A stretch of 64,000 nt of DNA from Camelus ferus. Its lineage: Eukaryota. Each line of letters begins with the position of its first letter. Position 1 is the stretch's first letter. The DNA is taken from assembly GCF_009834535.1 (NCBI RefSeq), contig NC_045696.1:65784001-65848000 (forward strand). Reading direction: 5' to 3'. Made by a program: the position numbers and the translations under genes. This document shows, piece by piece, positions 49,277 to 63,339 of this stretch. The notes below the pieces were generated by a model, which saw only the letters and a list, made by a program, of their open reading frames with translations, was not told the DNA's origin and did no database searches.

Positions 49277-49640
49277 TTCCAACCAAAAATTGACACTTGC
49301 CATCTGCCTCTAGAAGGACTGAATCACACTGGCACTTGCCATCTACCTCTGCTGGATTAAATCACAAGCCCCTGCAGCCGCTGACCTCCAACACTCCCCG
49401 AAAGGTGTTCAGGGTAGAGATCAGGAAATGAGGAGCTCTGTGCTCTGGGAAAAACTGGCAGAACAGGCCTTCAGATTGTTAGATATTTTTAGGAGAAGAT
49501 TTTATGAGCTCAAATTCTTACGTCTCCTTATATCTAGGAAAGCACTAAAATCATTAACAGTGACATCTGTTCCTCGTGACTAGCAGCAAACCTCTCCCCA
49601 AATGTGTGCTTGACTGCACATACCCCCTTCACTGAAATCA
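49277..49640 (+). mobile_element. 3'-truncated LTR of the same family as 48443-48887, with internal tandem duplication
   Basis: Shared blocks (ctctgggaaaaactggcagaacaggccttcagat; cctcgtgactagcagcaa; tgtgcttgactgcacatacccccttcact). cacttgccatct occurs twice. Ends at a (catatatgaat)3 repeat. Confidence 0.75.
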
Positions 49641-52600
49641 TATATGAATCATATATGAATCATATATGAATGGATAAAAAGCTGTGTGTGTGTGTGTGTA
49701 TATATATATTAATATTCTATATATATATAGAATATTAATCAGCTATTAAAAGTGAGGAAATCCTACCATACAGCAACTATTGAATGCATTTGCTCAAAAG
49801 GAACCAATTTCCTATCTGTTCATGTTTATGAGTTAGAACAATAAAATAAATGCAACAGCTTTAGAGAATCTTTGGACAATTTTATCCCTTGCCATCCTCT
49901 TCTCAATTTCATAGTTGGTCAACTTTCTGGATATGTTGAAAAATTGAGCTTAGCATGCTATCACGGATTCCCTTCTAGGAGGAAATGTATTGAAGTTTAA
50001 CATGTGTTTCAGACTCTTCTATAGTCTAGTAATGAAACAGATATCCAACATGGAGGCTTGGAAATGTGTACCACATAAAATGGCTGAAAAAATGTATCAA
50101 TGAAATAAGAGCTAGAGAGCTCCCTATACAGAGAGAAAATTGTGTGGCTGACATATCCTCATATTCTTTTCCTTCTGTCATGAGTACTTTTCTTCAGTGC
50201 AACTCTGCCGTTTGCTGAGTTGAACTGAATCATGTAATTTACATTGAATCTCCTGATCTCTTCCATGGCTAATTCTGTCATTGATAGAGTAATGTGACAT
50301 TTTTCCAGGGCAGCAAAAAGTAGCTTAGAAGTTTCCCTCTTAACTTCCACAGCTCGTCTTCTCAGGTTCTCAAATGTATTTTGCATGCAAGAAAGATTAC
50401 ACTGTGTTAGAGTTGGCTGCTTTGACTATTTTCTTAAAAACAAAAGAACACTTGAATGTTCCATATCCTTCCAACTTTCCAGCTGTTTGACTACTGTCTT
50501 CCTTCCTCTCCTCTTTCATGTTGCTTCTTGTGAACTCATCAAAACAGTAAATAGGAACTTACCAAAAATGACCTTTCTCATGTACTTTTAGACTGTCAAT
50601 TAACATTTGTTGCTGTTATTTTTAATCTACTATGTGTCTGAAGGTTGTGCAGTTGGGGGCTATCTAGATGGATTAGTATTTCTTAAATCTGGCTGCATTG
50701 ATCTAAGGGTGAAGCCGAAAATGTTTTAAGCTCCCAAAGTGATTTCGATGTGGAGGAAATCATAGGAACTAACAGACCAGAAGACTTTAAGGTTCCTTTC
50801 CAACTCGGAGATTTTATGATCCTAAACTCTAAGCCTAAGGGAGGGTTCATTTTAAAATGTAAAATTACTCTTTATTGTGATATACCAGTTTATGAGTTCT
50901 CTTTCTATGGGGAATTGTATAGTTTCTTAAGCATCACAATGTAATGAAGTGGGTACCTCATAGTGCTTATGTTGTATGCATTTTAAAATACTAACTGGAA
51001 CACAGTTCTGAGTTTAATAGTCACTGTATCTTGTTCATACTGTGATGGTTCATTTTAGCAAATACTTTCAAGGTTCAGGCTCCTTGTATTCATGGAGTTA
51101 CAGGTTAGGGATAAAGATGGGGATAACTTTAAAAGAGAGAAAAATCATAAAGTGATTTTCACAATTTTAAGGTAATTTTATGTTTCTAAGAATACTCAGA
51201 TATCTTTATCTAGCTACTGTCAGTCAGTCTTTGCCTAAATTTAATTTGTCTCTTGACAATAGTTATTTATTTCATCCCCACCAAAACTTGTGTAATTAGA
51301 CATTTGAAAAGTTTTTCAAAGGAAAATTCAGTTCTGTATGGAAACCACCCCTTTTCTCCTCTGGGATGTGATTTCTTACTCAAAACTTCAGCATGAAAGC
51401 CGCCATAGTCCACTCTCTTTTGACACTTCACTGCCTTGCTCTACTGGTGCTGGTGTGCATGACTTGCCTTCCTTCTACAGAATCTGTTCTTTTAAAAAAG
51501 GCACAATCTCAACATTTAATCTCTGGGTTCAGTTAAAATAAGCAGGAGTCAAGTTCTCATCCGAGTATCTGAATTCTGTGAATAATTTCCTGTGAGGCTC
51601 TCAGAAGTTCACTTAATACATTAGTCAAAGCTCTTTTTTGCAAGCAACAGAAATTAAATACGACTAATTTAAAATGGAAAAGGAAATGACAAAATGATAC
51701 TTTATAGCTCCAGGAAGACTGGAGACCTAGTGTTAGAGACTGAAACCAAAACAAGTCTGAAGTCATGTCACAGAATGATTCTCATGAATATACTGTGAGA
51801 AACTACAAATTTTAACATTAACATCATCAATACTGGATTTACAGGCACCAGAATACCTCCCTTGGAAAAATAGATTTTTTAAAATATTTTTCGTTATTTT
51901 CAGAGTCCAGATTGGGATCAAGACACAAGGCCATCTGCTCATACTGTAATCTCTTTAATAAGGAAGCCTGAGGAAATCACTATTTGGGACTTTTTTGGCT
52001 TCCACAGCAGAAGTTCTCTGCTTTGTAAGAGGAAGGCGTCCCTAGGCATAGGAGAGAAGATATGATTTGGGGTGACAAACCCCCCCACAAATATCTACTT
52101 TAGACATCCTCTTTAATTGTCCAAATTTAACATACATCCTTTTTTCTTATAGCAATAAAAATACCCCACCCAATGCATCTATGCTTTATGCAACAATGAA
52201 CTTCTGCTAACTTCAACTAAACTCCATTTTCAGTTAGGATACTTTTGGCTCTGAGTAACAATGAACTCACTTGGCACAACCATAGGTATTTATAAACTTG
52301 TAGAAGAATAACTTTGGAGACTAACCTGCATGTTAATTCAGTAAGACAATGATGCCAGGTAGAGGAGAAAGAAAGGGAGCAATGGAGGGGGGAGAACAGT
52401 TACAGTTTCATTGCCTTTATCTCTTCACCTCTTATTATTGGGAGAAAATCATTTTCCCAGAACATTCCAGCAGACTCTCTTTTATAAATCCTTGACCAAA
52501 ACTATGTTTTCTGCACCTCTCTAAATTAATCACTGGCAAAGGAAATGGGTTGCAATGATTGGTTTAGACCCTTGGGGCAGTAGAGGGTTCATCTTTCCTG

Positions 52601-55600
52601 AGCATGTTGCTATCTGGTAAATACAAAAAAAAAAAAAAAAAAAAAAAAAGGAAAGTCAGAGTTCTGAAAGGCAGAACTGCCTCTTTGTAGGCAGTTTCTG
52701 CCACATTTGACTTTTTTTTTTTAAGCTTCTTAACTTAGAAATATCTGGCTTAAATTATCTTTAATTTTTCTTAAATGCTAAATTAAATAGGCTCTTTAAA
52801 GGTCATTAATATATAATGAGGGAGAATATATAACTCCAGTTCAAGGCAGAATGAATTACATACTTGATAGACACTAATAGTAACAGGGTCACACTGAAAT
52901 GATACACTAATTGCTGGTATGTAGCAATTACTCAATATATATGGATGACAGTGAAAATTTATAGACAATATATTTCCATTAAGGATATATTATGAAAATC
53001 TAATAAAACACTAAAATTTACTGACTTGATTGGAATTCAGAGAATATTTTTATGCCTTCCATATTTTGAATGTACAGAATAACATGACAAAAAGGATTTT
53101 TTTTTGCCACAAGTCTTTTTCTTAAAGTTTATATTCACACTTGAAAATTTAACCCATGTTGCAGACTGTTTAAAATAAATTTACATTTATGGAGGCCTAT
53201 TATATTTTACATTTGAGTATCAAATACTTTAAGAATTTGTTTTAATTTCAAAATAATAACTTTATTCCTAAGAAACTTGTAAAAAACTTTAGAGTTTACA
53301 AACTGCTTTCCCAGTCACTACTTCATGAACTCTTAAAACTGTATTGTGAGATTGATAAGCTAACCTTTTATTATTATAATTATTATTATTAGAGAGGACA
53401 CAAATAAATAAAACCTAAGATCAAATAACTAGTAACTCACAGAGTTCAGTGATTAGAGCCCAGTTCTCCTGACTCCAAATTCAGTGCTCACTGTGCCAAC
53501 TAGATTGTATTTCTCCAAAAGAAAACAGCATTCAATGCCTAGATTCGATGAAAGGCTTAGATTTGATGAAAAATTCACAAACAGCTGCAGTTGGATGACA
53601 CTTTGTCTTTCCTAGCACAGTGTCCAAAAAAAATCAATTTTCTAAGTTCCACTTAAAAAAAAAAAAGGTAACTAAGTAGAATAATTTTCCTTAAAGGAAA
53701 TGTGAAATCAGTTAAAATTATGTTTAACAAAATATAATCTCTAAAACTCACCGAGGTGATTACTGGGTTGATGCTGCAGTATGACGGGAGATACCTTGGA
53801 CTGTTTGGTCAAAGAATGGGGTTCACACCAGTGTCCTTCCACTGACCGTGTGACCCCCAGGGAAGTCATTTTCTTTCCTGGTGTTAGAGAAGGAAGGTAG
53901 TGTTAGACCCAGGTTGTTGAAGTGCTAGACAAGATCACCGTAAGCTCTCTTCTAGTTCTCATAGCTGTTTCCATAGACATAAACTGAATAAAAGAAGTCA
54001 AAGATTCATAGAATATTAAAACCAAAAGAGATCTTCCAGATAATTCATTTCAGCAATTTATTTTACAGATAAAGATACTTTTGTCTAGAGAGGGAAAGCA
54101 GCCGACCCATAGTCACAAAATTAGCAAGCTTTGTTCATCTGTTTATAGCCAGGAGAGGTAGCTTAGTTTCATAGTAGGTGTTACTGGTTCTTCTTTCTAG
54201 ACGAGGCACCAAAAATACCAAAACTTACCTAAGATAAACAAAAGTTACTAGCCTAGAAATAAGTGTTTATTACTAGGAATAGAGCCATAAATTCTACTTC
54301 AAGGCAACTGTACGGCCTTGGATGAATCACTTACTTGTCTTGACTGTAAGAGGAAAGATTGGAGTAGATGAGGCACACGTATGACAAGGATTTTTATGAC
54401 AATTCATTTATCCATCTATTTATTTACGAAGTATTTATTGAGTGTCCAATACATACCTGGATTGTTCTTGGCTCTGTTACAGGTATTGGGTTTGCAAAAG
54501 CAAGTAAAATAAATACATTCTCTGTCCTGAGAAGATACAATCTCCTCTGAAAAAAAGATTTTTTTTTCTAAAAAATGTAAAGAAATAAATAGATAAGTTC
54601 AGACCTTAATGCTAGACATTTTAAAGGGCATCAACATGCATACATCAAAGATCTGTAACTCATGAAGATTTAAAACCTACCAGAGAAGAGATGCTCAAAG
54701 CAGGTCCTGCACAGCTTTTATAGAACAGTGTATTGCGGGAACCTAGCAGATGCTTGCAAACAGTAAGCACCAAACAAAAGATTAACAAATGAATAAATGG
54801 AAGAGAGACAATAATATTTAAAGTGTTTATGATCACAGTTGTTCTTCCTGTATTTATAATTCCTTTTATAAAGGAAGTAAGCTGTTGAATTTGTGGTTTG
54901 AAAGCATTAATAAAAGTTTAAAAAGGATCACTTAAGTGCTTGAGAAGTTGATAAGCAGAAGTAAAGGACAGCTTTTTTTTAATGTTCTTATTTTAGATCC
55001 ATATCTATCTCTACATTTTACTCATCTCTTTCAACAGAAATATTGATGTTTTAGGAGAGGTCATTTGCGTTGAATTTGTTCTGTGCCACTCTGTTTTGTC
55101 TTCGCAGAGGGGTGAGTGCCTTCTGATGACAAAAATATTAACTCAAAGCAAGAATAAATCTTTCACTCAAAGACCATGATGTTAACACTTTAGAAAATTT
55201 GTCATGCATATTTGCAAGGTAAAACATATTTTACTTCCTTTGCGGTAACTGAGACTTCTATAAATAGAGGAAACATGCTTCACTGTGATATTATAAAAGC
55301 TTTGTATATTTGAAAAGTTTAAAGTAGGGGAATAAAGAATAATGAAATGGAAAAAGTAAGCACATAACTGTACTCATTCCTGTGCAAATTACAAACCACA
55401 AAAGCAGAGATCAAGTAGCTCATAAATAGGGGAAATCTCAGAGATTTCTCGTGGATCTTTATTTTTTATTATTTAATTAATACTTTGGAACATGTAAAAT
55501 AAGAAATACACATATGTGTGTATCTATCTATACTCTTAAAGTGCTACACCTCTTATGTTTTTGTTAAGATGCAAATTTTTCTTAAAGTCATGAATTTGGA

Positions 55601-55641
55601 GGAACTTAAGTTTCAGGATTAGAATTTCTCAAAACATACCT

Positions 55642-56054
55642 TGTTGGTTCAAAAACTTAAGAGTTCCCAGATGAAATCTGAAATGCCTCCCTATTCTTCG
55701 TATGTGGAGGGCAAATGGAGTACTCCAAATTGGTAGGTGACAGGTTTAATCAGCAAGGGAACTTCCATTTGAGGCTTGTCTTGAATGACGCAAAATAAGC
55801 AGATCTCTGCACCAGCCCAGCAAACTTCAAGTTTTCATATAGAGGCCTTAATTGGGATCAGTCATTCAATGCCCAAATGGTCTCAACAGCACATTGTTCT
55901 CTCAAGGCTGTGTCCTTGTAAACTGCTCCCATTACAGGAACTGTGGGTGGAATGTACATTCCAAGGACAGGGGAGGACTGAGGAACTTCTGATTGCCAGG
56001 GTCCAGCTCTCTAATCAATCAGAGGTCATGACCTCTTGATGGCCTCCGTCAACA
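55642..56054 (-). mobile_element. Possible solo LTR
   Basis: tgttgg...tcaaca termini; antisense attaaa and TATA-like motifs in LTR order. No TSD seen. Confidence 0.4.
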
Positions 56055-57354
56055 CACACTTCAGATCAAGTGCAAGTACAGCATTTCAAAGCATATTGTA
56101 GTTGTGATTAAGACTATTTCATTTCTAATTTTACATTTATAATAATACATTATACAATACACATCTAATAATACTATTATCATCTTCAAATTTCAAAGCA
56201 TTTATTAAAATCAAGGGTACATGGATCTCTTGCCCCAAATCTCACAAGATCATAAAAAAATAATTTTTTCCATATTTTCAATTCAATTTAACCAACTGTT
56301 ATACGCAAGTCATGTGATTGACAATGTAAAGGATATAGAATTAGTCCTCATCTTTTCATGAGCTCACAGTGTATTAGTTTTTAGTGTTTACCTACATCTC
56401 TACCTCTTAAACTGTATCTCTTCTTTTTCCCTTTCACCAGTTAAATTTATTGTATATTCCCACCCTTCAAAGTAGCAAAATACGATTGAGTGTTACTTAA
56501 ACCTAGGCGACCTTAAGCAGAAAGTTCTACAGTCTCTGGACTTCATGTCCTTTGTTGTGTTGTTCCATTTTTATAGCAAAAAAACCCCCAAAATGAAACC
56601 AAAAAACTCTAATACTTGATACAGGGAGTGATAGTGCACCCTTATAAAATTAACAAAATATAAGCACAGTGTGGAGCAAACTATGTGAATTAACATACTA
56701 CATGGGGAAATCCATAAATACAGCAATATTAAAACTGCAAATATTCTTTTAAAAGCTCATAAAATACTAATATTAACTTCCACTTGAACTAAGATTAAGT
56801 AACAGAGAGGGGATTTATCTTTATATTTAAATAACTCAACAAAGAGACAAAACATATGAAGCCATGTAGAACCATAATCCCTGAGAGAAGGGAAACAGGT
56901 AAACTGTAAAATTTCATCAGCTTAATGTCTAGAGTGTTTGTCTAGGCTACACTCAGGAAAAAGAAACCAAACAGAACTTGATGTTCTTAATGAATTAAGG
57001 ACAGAATAGAGTCACCTAAACAGATATCAAAAAGATCAAAGTGGTTAGAGTTGGGGGGCAGGATACGAGAGAAGAAGGAACTGCACAGATGGAAGTCACA
57101 GGAGATCTTCAGAGCGGTCCACTTGGGTCTTCAGCTGAGTGTTATCTGTACACACATCAAAGGACACAACCAGAGGCTAGGAGAGAATCAACATAAAGGG
57201 GAAGGCAGAGCAATAGCAAGATCCCAAAATGGCCTGGGAATAATTCTTGCTCCCACCAAACTGACTGGAAAAACCTTACACATAGAAATAGATGCCACTT
57301 CAGTGTATTGCTCAATTACTCTTAGATCAAAACCTCGGGATCTACCCTAAGAAA

Positions 57355-58177
57355 TCTCACACCTGTGACAATAGCTATCATTGAAAGGCTACAAATAACA
57401 AATGTTGGTGAGAATATGGAGGAAACACAACCCTCGTACACTCTTGATGGGAATGCAAATTGGTGCAGCCACTATGGAAAACAGTATAGGGGTTCCTCAA
57501 AAAATTAAAAATTGAACTACCATATGATCTAGCAATTCTACTCCTGGATGTGTGTCTGAAAAAAATGAAAACACTAACTTGAAAAGATATACAGTCATAG
57601 CAGCATTATTTACAATAACCAAGATATGGAAGCAATATAAATGTGTATCTACAAATGAATTGATAAATAAGAAGTTATATAGATAGCTAGATAGATAGAT
57701 AGCTAGATATACACACACATGTACAAACACACACAATGGAATATTACTCAGCCATAAAAAAGAATAAAATTTTGTCATTTTCAACAACATTGATGGACTT
57801 GGAATATATTACGCTTTGTGAAATGAGTCAGAAAAAGAAAGACAAATACTGTATGTTATCACTTACATGTGAAATCTAAAATATAATAATAAATAAATAT
57901 AACAAAACAGAAACAGATTCACAGATAGAAAAAACAAACTAATGTTTACCAGTAGGGAGAGGGAAAGAGGGAGAGGCAAGATAGGTGTAGGGGGCTGAGA
58001 GGTACAAACTACTATGTATATAATAAATAATCTACAAGGCATATTGTATAGCATGGGGAATGTAGCCAATATTTTATAATAACCTTAAATGGAGTATAGC
58101 CTATAAAATATTGAATCACTATGTTGTACATCTAAAACTGACATAATATTGTAAATAAACCATACTTCAATAAAAAA
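57355..58177 (+). mobile_element. 5'-truncated L1 (ORF2 end + 3' UTR), within older L1M sequence (~56600-58750)
   Basis: gatgggaatgcaaattggtgcagccactatggaaaacagtat...ggaatattactcagccataaaaaagaataaaatttt...catacttcaataaaaaa. Confidence 0.88.
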
Positions 58178-60882
58178 TGAGGAAAGTCTGACAATTTTCA
58201 TAGCAAATTTGAGCCAAAGGAGACATGATTATTATATGTGATTTGGTATCTGGATGGGGTTTTGGAATAGAAAGAAGATGAGAGTAAAAATGAAGAAAAT
58301 ATGAATAAAATATTGTCTTCACTTTGAGAATACAAATATATCAATATTGGTTTATTAATTTTAACAAATGTACATATTAATGTAAGATATTAATAGTCAG
58401 TGAAATGTGGCATATATGGGAACTCTGTACAATGTTTGCCACCATAGTAAATCTAAAACAGTCCTACAATAAAGTTTATTTTAAAAAAGTGCTATGTGAA
58501 AGAACCCAAACATAAACTACTGTGTACTATATGATCCCATTTATATGAAATTCCAGAACACTCAGAACTACAGTGGCTGAAAGTAGATCAGTGGTTGCCA
58601 CAAGCCCGGTAAGAGGGAAGGGGATTGGCTGAAAAAGACCGGGAAACTTTTGGGAGGATCGACTCTGTATGGTGGTTTTGGTGGTGTTTATATGATCAAT
58701 AAATATTTATCAAAATTCACTGTAAGTAAATTATACCCGGATAAAGCCAATTTAAAATTATAAACATCAATCCCAGCAAAGGAAGAAAGCTGTTTTAGAT
58801 TCTTTCCAGGAGGCAAGAACCATTTTAAAAAGTATACAAGAGCATCTTCTCTTTCAGTAAAAGTCTTCTGTAATTCTGAAAAGTGCAAAATATATTCATA
58901 ATGTTTACTTTTCAGTGAGTTGCCGTTGGTGGTGTAGACTGCTGGGAAAATGTGTGACTTGCTTAATTTGCTCAAAAGTTACCACTGAAAAGTCTGTATC
59001 ATAGGGAGTATAGATGGAGATGCTTCCTGCTGGTGCTTTTTAATTGACTTTCATGATCTAAAGATGCTAATCAATTTTATTAGCTTAATTGAATTTCCTT
59101 AGAAACAGGTATAATATTTCTTTATGCATAATATCCTGCATTATGTATTGGACCCCAAGGATTTATTTAGGCTAAATTAAAATTTGAAAATAAAGATACA
59201 CATAATCAGCATTACTTATTAATAGCTGGATTTCTTTATTTAAATATTGTAAGGGTATTCCATAAAGGAGAAACAAAGGAGGAATTATACAAGTTGGAAA
59301 ACTTGCAAAAGTCAAGTCTTCTTTAAGAAGTATAGTCTTTGAAATTGGAATACACGGTTTCAGGAGAGCTGACTTCAAATTTTAGTTCCGTTTCTTTACC
59401 ACCTAAGTGATACTGAACAAGTCAATGAATATTGCTGAGCCTCCATTCCAGCTATTTCACAGGTCATTGTGACGACCAAATGAAATAATATTTGTGAAAA
59501 TACCTGTATACTATAAATTAATACACTGAACCTTAATAAATTGCCAGTATTTGAATTTTTATTTCTAATGTGATTTTACACAGTTCAACCTGATCCTCAG
59601 ATATTGCGCTTTTATTATTATTATTTTTTCTCTTTTTTATTATTAAAGCTGCTCCACCCTGCATAGGAAAAGCTGGAAAACGGATGTCAACAAGTACATT
59701 TCAGATAAAAGAAGTGGCAGGAATGAAGACGAAAGAGTAGAGGAAGAAAATGTGGACGTGTGATCAGAGAGAGTGAAATAAAAGCTGGCTGGGATGTAAA
59801 GGAGGGAGAGGGAAGGTGGGGGAACCACCCCTGGGAGAGAGGAACCCGTCTTGCTGAGAAAACCATTAGATGCTAGGCTAAATAGTTTTAGTCTAGTTCA
59901 AAGGCAGTGGGATTTTTGAGGAGGGTGTAACGTGCTCAGGGTTTGCATGAGAAAGTTTACTCTGGCATTGTAGAAAGGAAAGCGTAGAGAAAGGAGGATG
60001 AAAAACCACTTGGAAGGGCGCTGCTCGCGCCCAGCGCGACCTACCGGTGATTATCCCCGGATGTTTTCCTAACACACCTGCAGCTGTGCAGAGTCAGGGA
60101 AGGCCCAACACTTTAAAAAGTCAAGAGAGGGGGAAAAAAACAAACAAACAAACAAAAACAAACAAACAAACAAAAAAACCCCACAGTGAAACTCTGTATT
60201 TATATAATGACCAACCTCTATAGAGAAGATCTTCACCCGCACTTTCCTGCCCCAGCTGCCCCGCCATATTTCAGCCCTATTTCAGCCTAACTAACAAGAC
60301 ATTTCGCAGCACACAATTTTCACAGGGTGGTTTTGAAACCATTTGTCACCCATCTGCAGTTCTTTTTGTTATCTTTTCTTAATGGGTTTATAGGACTTTG
60401 CAACCTTTGAAAATCAATATATGGTCTTCTCTGGAAATTGTCACTTTGAAGGATTCAGTTGTCCAACTGGACACACCCCAGGAAGGAAAGAAAGTCATGT
60501 GAAGAACTCACACGTTTAGAGCAATCAAGTCAGCTTCGCTGTGTCTCCCAAATCTGACTACATTTGAATTTAGAAACTTCCCTTTTGAAGGCAGAATTTT
60601 TTTTTTCCTCAGCTATTTCCATGTTCTTGCCCAGGAAACATCCACAAATCCTTCATTAAGTCAGTACGAGGGCCTGCTGACATGCTGAATATTTGAATGA
60701 CGTGGTCGAAAAGTACTTCCCTCTTGTGTAGGCAGCGCCTTTGAGATTACGCTGTGAGAAACACAGCAGAGAGTGTAAAAATTCAGTCTTTTGTTTCAGA
60801 TGTTCACAATTTAAGTGCCACAGTAATCGTGTATGTGAAAATTGTCTTTATGACTAATTATATATAAATAGTTTCAGAGAGG

Positions 60883-60884
<2 letters not shown>

Positions 60885-60917
<33 letters not shown>
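60885..60917. repeat. Poly(A) run (~33 nt)
   Basis: Read directly. Confidence 0.9.
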
Positions 60918-60919
<2 letters not shown>

Positions 60920-62911
60920 AAAACATGCCCCAAAACATGCACAAAACTAATAAATTATAGAGCCTGTGTTCCACCCGGGCTGTCTTATTCTGGAGCCCAC
61001 ATGTTCAACCGCCACGGTATTCTGCTCTGAGAAACACAAACACAGCTCTGACTTCTGAGTCTGACTGCTCCGCACTTTGAATTACAGTTAAATGTGTTTG
61101 TGTTTCTCTTTCCGACATGCTGAGAGATAATGTCATTCAAAGAGCTTATTTAGAAAAGTGCCTGACACTTCATGTGAGTTTAATAGATAATAGCTAATAT
61201 TATTATAAATTAAAACAGAGAAGGAAAAACATTTCTGTCTGATGTTAACTAGAGGGGCCTGAGCAGAGACTTACAATGTGAGAAGGATTCTGATAAGTAA
61301 AATTTAGGAGGAACAATACCAAAGGTGGGTACCAAGGTGTGGGGGTAGAAGCTAGGGGCTGGGTTTGGAAGAGCTGTAGCCAAACTGAAGGTGAGTGTTG
61401 GGAGGACTGATACGGAGGAATGTTTTGAAATATAGCCAGAGTCCAGATTAAAGAGAATTTGTGTGTTCTGTGTGCAATGGAAAACCGATGAATAGGTTTA
61501 TCAGGAGTGAAAGGAACAGAATATTTGTACTTTACAAAAATGCTTTTGGAAACAGAGTGAAAAGGTAAATAGAAGAGAGAAAATGGCAGGGAAAACAGTA
61601 GAGATTCAGCTAGTTGCCCATGATTACTGGTTAAGGACTAAGATTTACAGGATTCTTACTGTATGTCAACCACTATTCTGAGCTCATTTAATGCATTAAC
61701 TATTTTAATTTTTTAATCAACTTATGAGGTGAATATTTGTTGATGCAACTTTCCTTCCATTTCACTCTCAGAATTGTCCTGGTTTGGAGAATACAGGATG
61801 TGGTCACCTCACTCATGCAAAACTTCATCGCTGAGGGTAGAAAGTTACAAGAAGGAGAAACAGTGCCATGAGGCGGCACTTATAACATTCAGTGGATGGA
61901 CTGGGAGGGCTTGGAAGGTAGGAGCCTTGAATATAAACTCCAGCTTTACCGTGGGATTGGACCAAATTATTGTTATAGCTAGAAGAGATACTAGAAATCA
62001 CCTAATCCAATAGACCTTAACTTTATGTGCAGGTGAATCTTCAGAGACCATAGGTAATATTCAGGGAGGTTATAAACCTCCTAACCTTGTAGGCAAACTT
62101 TGTAATATGTTAATGTCTGTCTTTTTTTTCCCCCTTAGAAAAACATCTTCATTGTTTTATTGTATTATCAGTTAGGAGCCATTTATCTGAAACAATCTAT
62201 TAAAAGCTGAGTCCCATGAGTAAAAAGTGAGTATTTTTACATAGCTAGTCAATGACAAAGCCAGAACTAAAACTTATTTTGTCTTCTTTTTCTTAAACCA
62301 GTAAAACAATTGAAGAGATGTGCTTTTGTATTTTAATGTTTGATACAGTTTGTTTAATCAAAGAAAGTGTGAACAGTGAATGTGAGATTTAAGGAGTCAG
62401 AGAATGTGTTTGTTTTGTTTACAGTGTTCCCAGGACAAAGAACATAGATCAACACAAGGTAGGTGCTCAGAAAATATTTGTTGAATGAATTAATGAATGA
62501 CAGTAACTGGTCTGATTCACTGTGTTGCTGCAGTGTGGGATTTCTGAGAAAAATGTTTATTTCAACCACACGGTGGTGCCATTTTACAGTATATTTGAAA
62601 AATAAAGCTAAGGCAAAAACCAGGTAACCCAACATATTATCTTTCCTTTGATGAAGCGATTTAAATCTAGACTATGAAATAAATTATTGAGATAATTTAT
62701 GTAGCAAATCTATTTACTTAGAAACCCGTAAGGTAAAGTGGCCATAAGACTTGAATTGCTGATAGACAATGCAACGTTGCATGTGAGCAGTTTTTGCTTA
62801 TTGTGGTTTAGCATCGAGAGTGCTTAATCCAAATGACAGCTACTTGGCAGCTGGTAGGTGTCACTCTACAGCACTCTTTTGGTCATTAAGCACCCTTCAG
62901 ACTGACAGAAA

Positions 62912-63339
62912 CTCTGGTGTCAGCTCCTGCTAGCTCACAAGAGCTGACTGTTAACTTTTTAAGAATTAAATCATATAAATTTATAATTAAATAAATTAAA
63001 TCTTAAACTAGAGATAATGAATACTTAAAACTTACTATGTCTTAGTTATTTTACCATGGTAATTGATTTATTATTATTAATATTCTTATAATAAATACAG
63101 TTATTTATTACTACCTCTGCTCTTGAGGTTACATATGTTATATCTCTATGGTAGCAATATTAGATATTTCTAGTAAACTACAGCTTATCTCCTTCCAACT
63201 ATGCATTCAGTAACTTCATGTTGGCAGTTTGAAACTAGCCATATAGGGAGTATTTACATCATGGAAGTTGACAAATACTAAAAACAGGGGCTCAATCCAC
63301 CATCACAGAGCTGGTTGCTAAATACTTAGCACACCACTG
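62912..63339. mobile_element. MER63-like non-autonomous hAT DNA transposon
   Basis: Right terminus agcacaccactg. Left end ctctggtgtcagctcctgctagctcacaagagctgactgtta resembles the recalled MER63 start. Confidence 0.6.

Noticed and set aside
48443..49640. Two same-family LTRs 390 bp apart as one deleted provirus
   Set aside because: The spacer has no PBS or PPT and looks like AT-rich/L2-like host DNA; the copies are visibly diverged, so independent insertions are more likely.
50159..50386. 75-aa protein-like minus-strand ORF
   Set aside because: No recognisable homology or convincing splice sites; I cannot support it as an exon.
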